Shown here one piece after another: positions 30,635 to 40,440 of a stretch of 64,000 nucleotides of DNA. The stretch is from Candidatus Latescibacterota bacterium. Its GTDB lineage: Bacteria; Latescibacterota; UBA2968; UBA8231. The stretch is taken from assembly GCA_965243025.1 (NCBI GenBank), contig CBDETY010000003.1:5568001-5632000 (forward strand). The letters run 5' to 3'. The translations under genes and the position numbers were made by a program. Numbering within the stretch: position 1 is the first letter of the stretch; every line of letters begins with the position of its first letter. A model generated the notes under the pieces. The model was not told the DNA's origin. It worked only from the letters and a program-made list of their open reading frames with translations, and ran no database searches.

Positions 30635-31597
30635 TCAGTCCCTGTCGGCAAAAGAACCATTCCCGGGAAAACCTGTTTCCAGGGAAGCCTTGATGCGTCC
30701 CCAGGAGACGGATTGAACCGCGGAGTCGCCAGGCTTCCCGCCGGGGCCCAGCAGCAGCCCATCGGCAAAGAAGTCCGCTCCTTCCCCTCCAGTACCTTCA
30801 TCATTCTGATCAGACAGAAAGAACCGGGCATTTCGCGTCGAGTCCCTGTCCCAGTCATTCACTAAAAAATCGAACCCGATCACGCTGCCTTCGGAAAACC
30901 GGGATACGACACTGTCCCCGGGGTTCAACGCGTCCAACTGGTCGAAGCAGGTCGCAAAGAATTCGATCACCCAGAATGTGGGGTTCTCGCCGACAACTCC
31001 ACCACCTCCAAAGGCGAACGGCGGCTCCAATATCCAGGCAGCATCCACGAACTGTGATACAAAAGGCAGATCAACCAGAGGTCCGCTTGCCACCCGAGAA
31101 ATCGCCTCGTAATGCTGCGCCTGCCTGTTGTTGTTTGGGTTGAGCTCAGGAGTCTCATTCGGTCCGTGAGCATTGATGAATTCGTATGGCCCCCCGGAAT
31201 GATCGCCATCCACAAGCAGTGCGATGCTGTCGGCAAAATAGAAAATGGGAGGGTCGTCATTGCGATACACGTCGTCGGCGAATTCGGTAGCGGCATGGAT
31301 CTTCCCCTCCTTCGTCCATCCCAGCCAGATGCGGAAATCGAGGTTGGAAGGATCGTACTGGTCGTAGGAGATCAGCGATGGATGCGACATCAGAGTGAAG
31401 TCCAAAGGCGACAGCGTCGGCTCGCCCAGGGCATCGACCCAATCCTCAACGTGGCCGTCCAGTTCAATGTCCGCCAGAGTTTCCGGCGACAGGTAGGCAA
31501 TTGGAAACAGACGGTCCCCCATGTGGGCGCCGGAAGGGAGGGAATTGGCCAGAACTGCACAAAGCACCAAGCTGAAAACCGGACGGTTGCAGGTCAT
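30635..31597 (-). CDS. Secreted CBM9-like protein with C-terminal SWGRIKA motif (paralog 3)
   Basis: SGA then HMG after the signal peptide. DGDHSGG, GENP, ADGLLL and VQSVSWGRIKA motifs. Confidence 0.75.
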   Translation of the reverse strand: MTCNRPVFSLVLCAVLANSLPSGAHMGDRLFPIAYLSPETLADIELDGHVEDWVDALGEPTLSPLDFTLMSHPSLISYDQYDPSNLDFRIWLGWTKEGKIHAATEFADDVYRNDDPPIFYFADSIALLVDGDHSGGPYEFINAHGPNETPELNPNNNRQAQHYEAISRVASGPLVDLPFVSQFVDAAWILEPPFAFGGGGVVGENPTFWVIEFFATCFDQLDALNPGDSVVSRFSEGSVIGFDFLVNDWDRDSTRNARFFLSDQNDEGTGGEGADFFADGLLLGPGGKPGDSAVQSVSWGRIKASLETGFPGNGSFADRD

Positions 31598-31678
31598 GAA
31601 TGACTCCCAATCTCCGTTCAGTATGGTTCTCGTTCGAGCGGAAAAACGCAACCCTTTTTGAACACTCTCCTGCTAGAC

Positions 31679-32677
31679 TCAGGGCCGCACGGCCGCGCCG
31701 CTCTCGATCGACGCGAACACCGCGTCGATGACCCGCATCTGCCCCAGGCTGTTCTGCGGGGAGATGCGGTACTCGCCGCCGCGCTCCAGGCAATCGCGCA
31801 GGTGCTGCAGCTGCAGGGCGAACTGGTAGACCGGGGGGAAGTCGAAGCGGGCGTTGCCGCCGGCGAACACCGCGTCGATGGCGGTCGGCTGGTTCTCGTT
31901 GTTCCAGGCCAAGTCGGCGCGCAGCCGCCCTCCGGTCCCGTGGATCTCGACGTACTGCGTGGCGTAATAGGTGTATCCGACGGCGATCTCCGCAGTTCCG
32001 CCGCCGGGAAACTCCAGGAGAATGGTGGTCTCTTCGTCGATCCCGGTGTGGCCGCGGCGGCTGACGGCGAACACCGTTTCCGGCTCTGCTCCGTAGATGA
32101 AGCGGGCGTGGTGGATGCAGTAGCAGGCGAGGTCGTAGACGGCGCCGCCGCCGCGGTCGGGATCCCAGCGCCAGTTGAGCTCCCTGCGGATCTGTTCGGC
32201 CTGGACGCTGGTCGCGAAACTGCTCCGGATGGTGCGCACTTCGCCGCCGACGCCCGCGTCGACGAGCTCCTTGAGCTTCAGGTGCATGGGGTGGTGGCGG
32301 AACTTGAAAGCCTCGGCCAGGAGCACGCCGTGGGCTTCGGCGGCCTCGACCATGCGGGCGCACTCGGCCGCGGTTGAGGAGATCGGCTTCTCGACCAGGA
32401 TGGCCCGCACATTTCCCGATTCGGCCGCCCGCACTGCGACCTCGGCGTGGCTGTCACCCCAGGTGCAGACCGACAGGGTGTCGAGGTTCTCCTGCTCGAG
32501 CATCCGCTCGAGATCGGTGTAGCGGGCGGCGACCCCGGTCTGGTCGCCGAAGCGCTGCAGGGCCTCCCCGGAGACGTCGCACAGGGCGACGAGGTCGACT
32601 CCGCTCACCTGGCCCGCGGCGCGGGCGTGTGCGCCGGCGATGCCTCCGGCGCCGATGATCCCCATTCGGATGGCCAT
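31679..32677 (-). CDS. Gfo/Idh/MocA family oxidoreductase
   Basis: GAGGIA, EKP and GGGAVYD motifs. Confidence 0.9.
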   Translation of the reverse strand: MAIRMGIIGAGGIAGAHARAAGQVSGVDLVALCDVSGEALQRFGDQTGVAARYTDLERMLEQENLDTLSVCTWGDSHAEVAVRAAESGNVRAILVEKPISSTAAECARMVEAAEAHGVLLAEAFKFRHHPMHLKLKELVDAGVGGEVRTIRSSFATSVQAEQIRRELNWRWDPDRGGGAVYDLACYCIHHARFIYGAEPETVFAVSRRGHTGIDEETTILLEFPGGGTAEIAVGYTYYATQYVEIHGTGGRLRADLAWNNENQPTAIDAVFAGGNARFDFPPVYQFALQLQHLRDCLERGGEYRISPQNSLGQMRVIDAVFASIESGAAVRP

Positions 32678-33068
32678 TCCCACCCCCCTCCTTCGGTTTT
32701 CGCCGGCAATGTACGCCAGGGAACGCCGGGGTTGAATGCCCCGGGCATCCCGGCGGACCCGGCCGGCCGGCGGGAAGGATCCAGGGCAGGATGCCGGTTT
32801 CCTTTCGTACCCGATCCGGCCCCATCCGGCCGTTGACAAGGATCGTAGCGGCGAAGCTTTGCGGGACAAAGAGGAGCTGGTCCGCCCTTTGTTGGCGCCC
32901 GCAACGGGCAATTCTATATTGCCTGCCCTCTGACCGGAGAGCATGTCCAGGCTCACTTTCGGTTGGTGGCCGGCGGCCGCCGCGGTCAGGTTTCGCCTCG
33001 AAGCGGGAACCTCGGACAGGCACCGGCGGCATTTCGACAACTCTCGCGACAAAGGGAGCTGAAACGAC

Positions 33069-34091
33069 ATGGCAACGGCGATTGCAACCCGGAAGGTCGG
33101 CTCGACGGAGGTCGCCGTCTCCGAGTTCGGGCTCGGCACCGCTCCTCTCGGGGACCTGTTCGCGACGCTGACCGAGGAGGAGGCGCAGGCCGTCCTGCGG
33201 GCGGCCTGGGACAGCGGCGTGCGCTACTATGACACCGCCCCGTTCTACGGGCACACCAAGAGCGAGCACCGCACCGGCTGGTTCCTGCGCCAGCAGGAGC
33301 GCGGCGACTTCGTCCTCTCCACCAAGGTCGGCCGCATCTTCAAGGCGGTTTCGCCCGAGCGCTTCAGCCCGGAGTTCTGGAGCGCCCCGATGCCGTTCGA
33401 CCTCCACTTCGACTACAGCTACGACGGCGTCATGCGCTCCTGGGAGGACAGCCTGCAGCGGATGGGGCTCGAGCGCGTCGACATGCTGCTGATCCACGAT
33501 CTCGACCTCTGGTTCAACCAGACCGAGCAGCGCGTCCACTACTGGCTGGGCCAGCTCTACACCAGCGGCTGGCGCGCCCTCGCCGAGCTCAAGGCGAGCG
33601 GCCGCATCGGGGCGATCGGCGCCGGCATCAACGAGAACGGCATGATCCGGCGGTTTCTCGAAACCGTGCCCCTCGACTTCTTCATCGTCGCCCTGCCGTA
33701 CACCCTCCTCGACCAGGACGTGCTCGACGACGAGTTCCCGCTCTGCGGGAAGCACGGGGCCGGCGTCGTCATCGGCGCCCCGTTCGCCTCGGGCATCCTC
33801 GCGACCGGGCCCGTCGAAGGGGCCAACTACAAGTACGCCGCCGCTACCCCGGAGATCCTCGAGAAGACGCGGGCAATCGAGTCGGTCTGCGACTCCCACG
33901 GGGTGCCGCTGCGCGCCGCGGCCCTGCAGTTCCCGCTCGCCAATCCGCTCGTGGCCGCGATCATTCCCGGGGCGATCCGCCCGGAGCACGTGACCTCCAA
34001 CGTCGCCGACTACCGCCGCGACATACCGGCGGAGATGTGGGCGGAGCTGAAGTCGGCGGGGCTCATCCGCGAAGATGCCCCCACTCCCTGA
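33069..34091 (+). CDS. Aldo/keto reductase (D-threo-aldose dehydrogenase-like)
   Basis: YYDTAPFYG, STKVGR, FDYSYDG and IHD motifs. Confidence 0.9.
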   Translation: MATAIATRKVGSTEVAVSEFGLGTAPLGDLFATLTEEEAQAVLRAAWDSGVRYYDTAPFYGHTKSEHRTGWFLRQQERGDFVLSTKVGRIFKAVSPERFSPEFWSAPMPFDLHFDYSYDGVMRSWEDSLQRMGLERVDMLLIHDLDLWFNQTEQRVHYWLGQLYTSGWRALAELKASGRIGAIGAGINENGMIRRFLETVPLDFFIVALPYTLLDQDVLDDEFPLCGKHGAGVVIGAPFASGILATGPVEGANYKYAAATPEILEKTRAIESVCDSHGVPLRAAALQFPLANPLVAAIIPGAIRPEHVTSNVADYRRDIPAEMWAELKSAGLIREDAPTP

Positions 34092-34866
34092 GGCGCCGGC
34101 GGGCGCCGGAACGCGGCAGCTGCGGCAGCAGCTCGAGCTCTACGAGGCCAACGGCTACCTCGTGGTCCCCGGGGCCCTGGACAGGGAGGAGGTGGCCGCC
34201 CTCAACGAGGCGGTCGACTCCGACCTGGCGGCCAACCCCACCCTGTGGCAGAACCGGGGCAACGCCCGCGTCGCCGTGCACGTCCTGATGGCCCACCCGG
34301 TCATGGACGGCACCATGAGGCCTGCCCGCCTGCTGCCCCTCCTCGAGGCGATCATGGGGCCGGAGCTGTGCGCCGAGGAGCACTCGGTCCGCATCCGCGT
34401 CCCCAACCCCGACGGCGAGCCCGAGTGCCACTGGCACCGGGACGCGCAGCGCCCCGACGCCGGCGTCCCCTACCGGACCCGCTACCTGTCGGTGGTCTAC
34501 TACCTTTCCGACGTCGACGCCGGCACCCACACCTTCAGCGTCATCCCCGGGTCGGGGCAGGGTGAGGAGCTGCCCCCGGTCGAGGAGTACGACCTCGGCG
34601 CCGCCCACCACATCGAGGGCCCCGCCGGCACCGCGGTGCTGTTCAACGCCGCGACCATCCACGCCGGCAACGTGCGCCGCACCGACCGGGAGCGCCGCAC
34701 CATTCACATCTACTGCGGCCGCTCGAGCGACCGCCACCTGAGCAACTACACCATCTTTCCCGGGCGGCTGCTCTACGCCGGGGAGGAAGCGGTGCGGCGC
34801 TACTACGGCCGCCCCAACGCCATCACCCGCCTGGTGCAGGACCACTTCGAAGGAGGAAGGGCATGA
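34075..34866 (+). CDS. PhyH family dioxygenase
   Basis: NGYLVV, WHRD, IPGS and HAG motifs. Start uncertain. Confidence 0.85.
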   Translation: MPPLPEAPAGAGTRQLRQQLELYEANGYLVVPGALDREEVAALNEAVDSDLAANPTLWQNRGNARVAVHVLMAHPVMDGTMRPARLLPLLEAIMGPELCAEEHSVRIRVPNPDGEPECHWHRDAQRPDAGVPYRTRYLSVVYYLSDVDAGTHTFSVIPGSGQGEELPPVEEYDLGAAHHIEGPAGTAVLFNAATIHAGNVRRTDRERRTIHIYCGRSSDRHLSNYTIFPGRLLYAGEEAVRRYYGRPNAITRLVQDHFEGGRA

Positions 34867-35642
34867 GACTGGAGAACCGGATTGCCATCGTCACCGGGGC
34901 CGCCGGGGGCATCGGGGCGGCGAGCGTGCGGCGCTTCGCGGAGGAAGGGGCGAAGGTGACCGCCGTCGACATCGACGGCGAGCGGCTCGAACGGACGGTT
35001 GCCGAGGTCAACGCCGGGATCCCCGGCTCGACCACGGCGCACGCCGCCGACGTCGGCAAGGCGGCGGAGGTAGAAGCCCTGGTCGCCGCAACCGTGGCGC
35101 AGCGCGGCCGCCTCGACGTCGTCTTCAGCAACGCCGGCATCATGAGGGACGGCTCGGTCGTCGACCTGCCGGAAAGCGACTGGGACCAGCTGTTCTCCGT
35201 CAACGTCAAGGGGACCTTCCTGCTCGGCAAGTACGGGGTGCCGGCCATGCGCGCGGGAGGGGGCGGCGCCTTCGTCGTCACCGCCTCGGCCAACAGCTTC
35301 TACGCCGAGTCGGACATCGCCGGGTACTGCGCCACCAAGGGGGCGGTGATCCAGCTCACCCGCGCCATGGCCATCGACCACGGCCCCGAGAACATCCGCG
35401 TTAACTGCATCTGCCCCGGCTGGATCGAGACGCCGATGTCGCAGCCCTTCCTCGAAGAGAACCCCGAGGGCCGCAGGTTCGCCGGCACCATAGCCCCCCT
35501 CGGCCGCATCGGGCAGCCGGAGGAGGTCGCCGAGGTCGCGGTATTCCTCGCCAGCGACGAGGCGCGCTTCGTCACCGCTTCCGCCTTCAACTGCGACGGC
35601 GGCTGGACCGCGGGCATGACCAAGGCCCTCGCCCTGATCTAG
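34863..35642 (+). CDS. Short-chain dehydrogenase/reductase
   Basis: TGAAGGIG, NAG and YCATK motifs. Confidence 0.93.
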   Translation: MRLENRIAIVTGAAGGIGAASVRRFAEEGAKVTAVDIDGERLERTVAEVNAGIPGSTTAHAADVGKAAEVEALVAATVAQRGRLDVVFSNAGIMRDGSVVDLPESDWDQLFSVNVKGTFLLGKYGVPAMRAGGGGAFVVTASANSFYAESDIAGYCATKGAVIQLTRAMAIDHGPENIRVNCICPGWIETPMSQPFLEENPEGRRFAGTIAPLGRIGQPEEVAEVAVFLASDEARFVTASAFNCDGGWTAGMTKALALI

Positions 35643-35694
35643 TGGAGCGCCGGAGGCCGCCATCCGTCTCTTCAAGCCGAATCTGCCGCAGCTG

Positions 35695-36276
35695 GTGATG
35701 GAGCGGCCTTCGCTCGCCGGGCTGCCGCCGGCCGAGGTCCCGGAAGGGTACTGCCTGCGGCACTTCCGCCCCGGCGACGAGGAGGGCTGGAACCGCCTGA
35801 TGGACGCCGCCTTCGAGCGGGCTGCCGGCACCACCGATTTCGCCGAGTCGATGGCGGCGGATCCGGTGTACCGGGCGGAGCGGGTCAAGCTGGTGGTGAG
35901 CGCCGGCGGGGAGATCGCCGCCACCGCCTCGGCCTGGACGCATCCGCCCGTGGGCTCCCGCCGGGGGATGCTGCACTGGGTAGGCACCGACCCCGGCCAC
36001 GCCGGGAAGAAGCTGGGGACAGCGGTCTCCATCGCCGCCATGGAGCACTCGCGGGAGGAGGGGCGCATTGCCATGGCCCTGCTGACCGACGATTTCCGCA
36101 CCGCGGCCCAGAAGACCTACCTGCGGCTGGGGTTCGAGCCCCGCTGCACCCACAAGAGCCATCCCGAACGCTGGAGGCGGATTCTGGCGGACCTCCGCTG
36201 GCCGGAGAACTTCGAACAGATACTTCAGGGACCGCTGGTACGGCTCGACGACGAAGGGCAGGCAGGGGAAGGATGA
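35695..36276 (+). CDS. GNAT family N-acetyltransferase
   Basis: VGTDPGHAGKKLG and AQKTYLRLGF motifs. Start uncertain. Confidence 0.85.
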   Translation: MMERPSLAGLPPAEVPEGYCLRHFRPGDEEGWNRLMDAAFERAAGTTDFAESMAADPVYRAERVKLVVSAGGEIAATASAWTHPPVGSRRGMLHWVGTDPGHAGKKLGTAVSIAAMEHSREEGRIAMALLTDDFRTAAQKTYLRLGFEPRCTHKSHPERWRRILADLRWPENFEQILQGPLVRLDDEGQAGEG

Positions 36277-36371
36277 GACGCTGGATTCCGCCGGAGCCGG
36301 GCTGACGGCATTGGACCGGGGCCCAACAACCGGCCGGCCGACAAACGAGGGTCCGGGTCCCCGTAGATATC

Positions 36372-36494
36372 CCGCCCTGCTGGCCATACACCCTCGGGTA
36401 CGACTCGCTGCCTGCCTCGCGACGGCCTGTCTGACGCCCGCTTGGCTTGCGGACAGGGACAGGCAGGCACGGCTCAGACGCCTGGCGTGCCGGG
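36372..36494. repeat. Palindromic intergenic element with nested inverted-repeat insert
   Basis: Resembles 4013-4070 but is interrupted by a segment bounded by TGCCTGCCT (36409-36417) and AGGCAGGCA (36461-36469). Confidence 0.45.
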
Positions 36495-36565
36495 GTGCCC
36501 CGGCGGCGGGATTTATGCAAACTTTTTCGGGGCAGGACACAGAAGACTGAAAGGAGAACACCGAG

Positions 36566-37666
36566 TTGACAGCCGAACTTGAGGACCGAGGATCGCAGAT
36601 CCGGGTGACGTCGCTGACCGCATACCCGATGGACCCGAAGGCCTACGTCAAGATCGAGACCAGCATGGGGGTGACCGGCTGGGGGGAGATCAACAACATG
36701 GAGTCCGGGGTCGCCTGCGCCCTGGCGCGGTCGCTGTCGGAGATCGTCATAGGGGAGAACCCGACGCGGATGGAGCACCTGTGGCAGCGGATGTTCCGGG
36801 CGCACCGCAACATCCGCGGCGGCGGCCTGATGGTGCACACCATCTCGGGGATCGACATGGCGCTGTGGGACATCGCCGGCAAGCTCTACGGAGTGCCGGT
36901 CTACCGCCTTCTCGGGGGGCCAGTGCGCGACAAGATCTGGAAATACCCAAGCTCCAAGGCGGTCAAGGTGGGGCCGCCCGGGTCGCAGTACCACGCCGGG
37001 ACGCCGGCGGAGATCGACGTGCTCGTGCAGAGGGTGCGGGAGGCGCGGGCCAAGGTCGGCCACGACGGCGCCGTGATGTTCGACGCCCACAGCATGCTGC
37101 CGCCCCCGATCGTCAAACAGTTCGCGGCGCAGCTCAAGCCGGACGACCTGCTGTTCCTCGAGGAGGCCTGGGTGCCGGGCAACATCGAGGTGATGGCGAA
37201 GCTGCGGCCGTCGGTGCCGGTGCCGCTGGCGACCGGCGAGCGCGACCGCACCATCTGGGAGGTGCGCGAGATTCTCGAGGCGCAGGTGATCGACATCCTG
37301 CAGCCGGACTGCGGCCACGGCGGCGGCATCAGCCAGATGCGCAAGGTCGCCGCCCTCGCCGAGGCCCACCACGTGCCGATCGCCCCGCACTGCACCATGT
37401 CCCACCTCGGGCTGACGGCGAGCCTGCAGGTGTCGGCCGCGGTGCCGTTCTTCCTGATCCACGAGGGGTACGAGGGGGTGCTGCCGGACGGCGTCGCCCG
37501 CAAGCACTGGGAGATGGACGAGGCGGGGTACGTGTCGCTTCCCGAGGGCCCCGGACTCGGGGTCGAGGTCGACGAGGCCAAGGTCGTCGAGCTGGCCTCG
37601 GACCGGTCGCGGAAGTTCAGCTGGCCGAACGCCCGTCTGCGCGACGGCTCGGTCGCCGACTACTGA
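36566..37666 (+). CDS. Mandelate racemase family enzyme
   Basis: SGIDMALWDIAGK, FDAH, ATGER and APH motifs. TTG start after AAAGGAG. Confidence 0.9.
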   Translation: MTAELEDRGSQIRVTSLTAYPMDPKAYVKIETSMGVTGWGEINNMESGVACALARSLSEIVIGENPTRMEHLWQRMFRAHRNIRGGGLMVHTISGIDMALWDIAGKLYGVPVYRLLGGPVRDKIWKYPSSKAVKVGPPGSQYHAGTPAEIDVLVQRVREARAKVGHDGAVMFDAHSMLPPPIVKQFAAQLKPDDLLFLEEAWVPGNIEVMAKLRPSVPVPLATGERDRTIWEVREILEAQVIDILQPDCGHGGGISQMRKVAALAEAHHVPIAPHCTMSHLGLTASLQVSAAVPFFLIHEGYEGVLPDGVARKHWEMDEAGYVSLPEGPGLGVEVDEAKVVELASDRSRKFSWPNARLRDGSVADY

Positions 37667-37721
37667 GCGTGCTGGTCGCCGGGGCGCCGGGGGCCCGGGG
37701 CGCGCCTGGCATTCCGGGAAT

Positions 37722-37820
37722 CTCCGGGTCCGCCAATCAGGAAGGCTTCACGCCGCCCGGCCTGGGTGCGGGACGGGCAATCCGGAGTTCTCGCCGGGCT
37801 CCGGGTCCGCCAATCAGGAA
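37722..37820. repeat. 22-nt exact direct repeat, two copies
   Basis: CTCCGGGTCCGCCAATCAGGAA at 37722-37743 and 37799-37820. Confidence 0.8.
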
Positions 37821-37907
37821 CGTTGCACGCTGCCCGCCGCCCTTTGATCCACCGGGGTCGACCGGGACCGATGCGAAACTGCTGAGGCACCGAAGAAAGG
37901 AGCCGCC

Positions 37908-39260
37908 GTGAGCACTGCGGACTGCGACAGTCTGTTCCACCGCGACCTCAACCAGGAGTACCCGGTCATGGTCCGCGGCGAGGGGATCTACCTCTTCGAC
38001 GACGCGGGCCGGCGCTACATCGACGGCCACTCCGGTGCCGGCAACGTCATCCTCGGCCACGGCAACAAGCGCATCGCCGCGGCCATGGCCGAGCAGGCCG
38101 GGACCCTGGCGTACTGCTTCTCCGCCTTCCACACCAACCAGCCGGCGCGCGAGCTGTCGCAGCGGATCGCCGCCCTGGCCCCGGGCGACCTCGACTGCGT
38201 CTACTTCGTCAGCGGCGGCTCGGAGGGGATCGAGACGGCGCTCAAGATCGCGCGGCAGTACCACCTGCAGCAGGGGAACAGGCAGAAGTTCCGGGTGATC
38301 GCCCGCTGGCGCGGCTACCACGGGGCCACCCTCGGGGCGCTGTCGGCCACCGGCATGCCGGCGATCCGGGAGCCGTTCTCCCCGTGGCTGCTGCCGTTCC
38401 ACCACATCGCCCCCTGCTACCCCTACCGCTGCTCCTTCGCCGGCTGCGACAGCCGCTGCAACTACAGCTGCGCCAACGAGCTCGAGAAGGCGATCCTGCA
38501 GCTCGGGCCCGACAACGTCGCCGCCTTCGTCGCCGAGCCGGTGGTCCAGGGGGGCATCGCCGCCGGCGTCCCGCCGGAGGAGTACTACGGAATCGTGCGC
38601 GAGACCTGCGACAAGTACGGCGTGCTCTTCATCGCCGACGAGATCATAACCGGCTTCGGCCGCACCGGGAAGCCGTTCGCCATCGAGCACTGGGGCGTGG
38701 TGCCGGACATGATCGTCTTCGGCAAGGCGGCGAGCGCGGGGTACTGTCCGCTGAGCGGGGTTATAATGCGCGGCGGGATCCGCGACAGCTTCCGTGCCAG
38801 CGGCGACAGCTTCGCCCACGTCTTCACCTACGTCGACAACCCGGTCGCCATGCGCGTCGGCCTGACGGTGCAGGACATTCTCGAGGAGGAGCAGGTGATT
38901 GCCGGGGCCGCGGCGACCGGGGTTTACCTGCACGAGCAGGCACGGCAGCGGCTCGAGCGCCATCCCATCGTCGGCGAGATCCGCGGCAGGGGGATGCTGC
39001 TGGGGATCGAGTTGGTCAGGGACCGCGGCACCCGCGAGCCGTTCCCGGCCTCGGAGAACGTCCACAAGCGGATGGTCGAGCTGATGTTCGAGCGCGGACT
39101 GTCAGCCTCTGGGACGGGCGGCTGCGCCGACTGGAAGAACGGCGACGACGTGCGCTTCTACCCGCCGCTGATCACCACCCCGGACCAGGTCGACGAGGGG
39201 CTGGGGATCATCGACGAGGCGCTCGGCCGGATCGAGGGAGAGCTCGGTGTCGCAGGCTGA
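37908..39260 (+). CDS. Class III PLP-dependent aminotransferase
   Basis: SGGSE, YHGAT, FIADEIITGFGRTG and FGK motifs. Confidence 0.93.
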   Translation: MSTADCDSLFHRDLNQEYPVMVRGEGIYLFDDAGRRYIDGHSGAGNVILGHGNKRIAAAMAEQAGTLAYCFSAFHTNQPARELSQRIAALAPGDLDCVYFVSGGSEGIETALKIARQYHLQQGNRQKFRVIARWRGYHGATLGALSATGMPAIREPFSPWLLPFHHIAPCYPYRCSFAGCDSRCNYSCANELEKAILQLGPDNVAAFVAEPVVQGGIAAGVPPEEYYGIVRETCDKYGVLFIADEIITGFGRTGKPFAIEHWGVVPDMIVFGKAASAGYCPLSGVIMRGGIRDSFRASGDSFAHVFTYVDNPVAMRVGLTVQDILEEEQVIAGAAATGVYLHEQARQRLERHPIVGEIRGRGMLLGIELVRDRGTREPFPASENVHKRMVELMFERGLSASGTGGCADWKNGDDVRFYPPLITTPDQVDEGLGIIDEALGRIEGELGVAG

Positions 39261-39405
39261 AACCGCGGGGGCGCGGCGTGAGTTGATGCGGTTGCGGCTC
39301 CGCTACCTGTAGCGGAAGGGCGAGGGACCGGGCAGGGCTATCCCGTTTTCAAGTGGGGCCGCACCTCGCGGTCCAGACGGTCGGAGTCGCTGCGCAGCCA
39401 GCGGC

Positions 39406-40050
39406 TCAGGACGTGATCAGGAAGGTCGCGAACATCGCGACCCAGACTCCCTCCAGGAAATGCCAGTAGGTCGCGCAGCCGCGCACGGTGGGCAGGTGCT
39501 CCAGCCCGAGGCGCCCGTAGGCCGCGCGCCAGGCGAGTGAGCCCAGAGGCACCAGGCCGCCGAGCACGTGGGCGGCGTGGATGGCGATCAGGCAGAAGGT
39601 CACCCCCTCCATGCCGAGACCCGGCGTGGTCAGGGAGAGCTCGTGCTCGTGGAAGAGGCGGACGACCGCGTGCGACTGCACCGCGACGAAGGCGATGCTG
39701 GTGAAGAAGGTGACCTTCACCCAGCGCCGCACCCCGTCGACGCGTGCCCGGCGGGCGTTCCAGGCGGCGCCCTCGATAGCCATTCCCGCGAGCAGCAGGA
39801 TGGCCGTCGACAGCCACATCGCCACCGGCGGAGGCTTGCTGACCGGCGGATACTCCGGGGGACGCGACAGGTCTGTCAGGACGAACACCAGCAGGGACGC
39901 CGCGAAGAAGAGGCCGAGCGATATCAGGAACAGGCGCATCCCCATGCGGCGGACCGAGCCGGCGTCCGGCAGCGGCGCCCTGTGCGGGGGTTCGCCGGGA
40001 GGGGGTCCCTCTTCGGGAAGCTCGGGGAACTGTTCGGGGGGGCGTGCCAA
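39406..40050 (-). CDS. Heme-copper oxidase subunit III family protein
   Basis: HAAHVLGG and YWHF motifs, about five TMs. Confidence 0.8.
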   Translation of the reverse strand: MARPPEQFPELPEEGPPPGEPPHRAPLPDAGSVRRMGMRLFLISLGLFFAASLLVFVLTDLSRPPEYPPVSKPPPVAMWLSTAILLLAGMAIEGAAWNARRARVDGVRRWVKVTFFTSIAFVAVQSHAVVRLFHEHELSLTTPGLGMEGVTFCLIAIHAAHVLGGLVPLGSLAWRAAYGRLGLEHLPTVRGCATYWHFLEGVWVAMFATFLITS

Positions 40051-40117
40051 GGGGTTTTTCGGGTGCGGTTGGGTAGCGGCGATCCGGTATATTAAGGGAA
40101 ATTGGCGGGGTCGTTGC

Positions 40118-40240
40118 CGGCGCTTTGCGACCGGTCTCGAGAAGTTTCAGAAAACCTACCGCCATACCGTCAACTTCTGGCAGTGGTTCGACAACAGCGG
40201 CCGCGTTCCCAAATTGATTGACAAGGGAGAAAACTTGTGA
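40118..40240 (+). pseudogene. C-terminal remnant of a zeta-toxin-like/AAA ATPase gene
   Basis: RRFATGLEKFQKTYRHTVNFWQWFDNSGRVPKLIDKGENL resembles the C-terminus of that family. No start or P-loop upstream. Confidence 0.55.
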
Positions 40241-40440
40241 CTGAACGAAACCGGGAGACCCCTGCCTCGCAACATGGCGACAAGGAAACGCAGGATGTCC
40301 TTAAGGCGCTGCACCGGGCCGCCAGACGGGCACACAGGACCGCGCACCAACACAAGACCGGGGTCGTGGTTATGGAAAATGGCAAGGTCGTAGAAATCGA
40401 GCCGGATCCCGAGATGTACGGCGACTATCCGGAGAAATAG
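40237..40440 (+). CDS. Small hypothetical protein, likely partner of the zeta-like ATPase
   Basis: GTGA overlap with the remnant. ALHRAARRA...GVVVMENGKVV pattern. Confidence 0.6.
   Translation: MTERNRETPASQHGDKETQDVLKALHRAARRAHRTAHQHKTGVVVMENGKVVEIEPDPEMYGDYPEK

Noticed and set aside
35642-35700. Frameshifted N-terminus of the GNAT gene
   Set aside because: The upstream frame is plausible (LPQLVM) but cannot be resolved without homologs, and GTG at 35695 is sufficient.
37722-37820. Possible mini-CRISPR
   Set aside because: Only two repeats, a 55-nt gap, no leader or cas genes.
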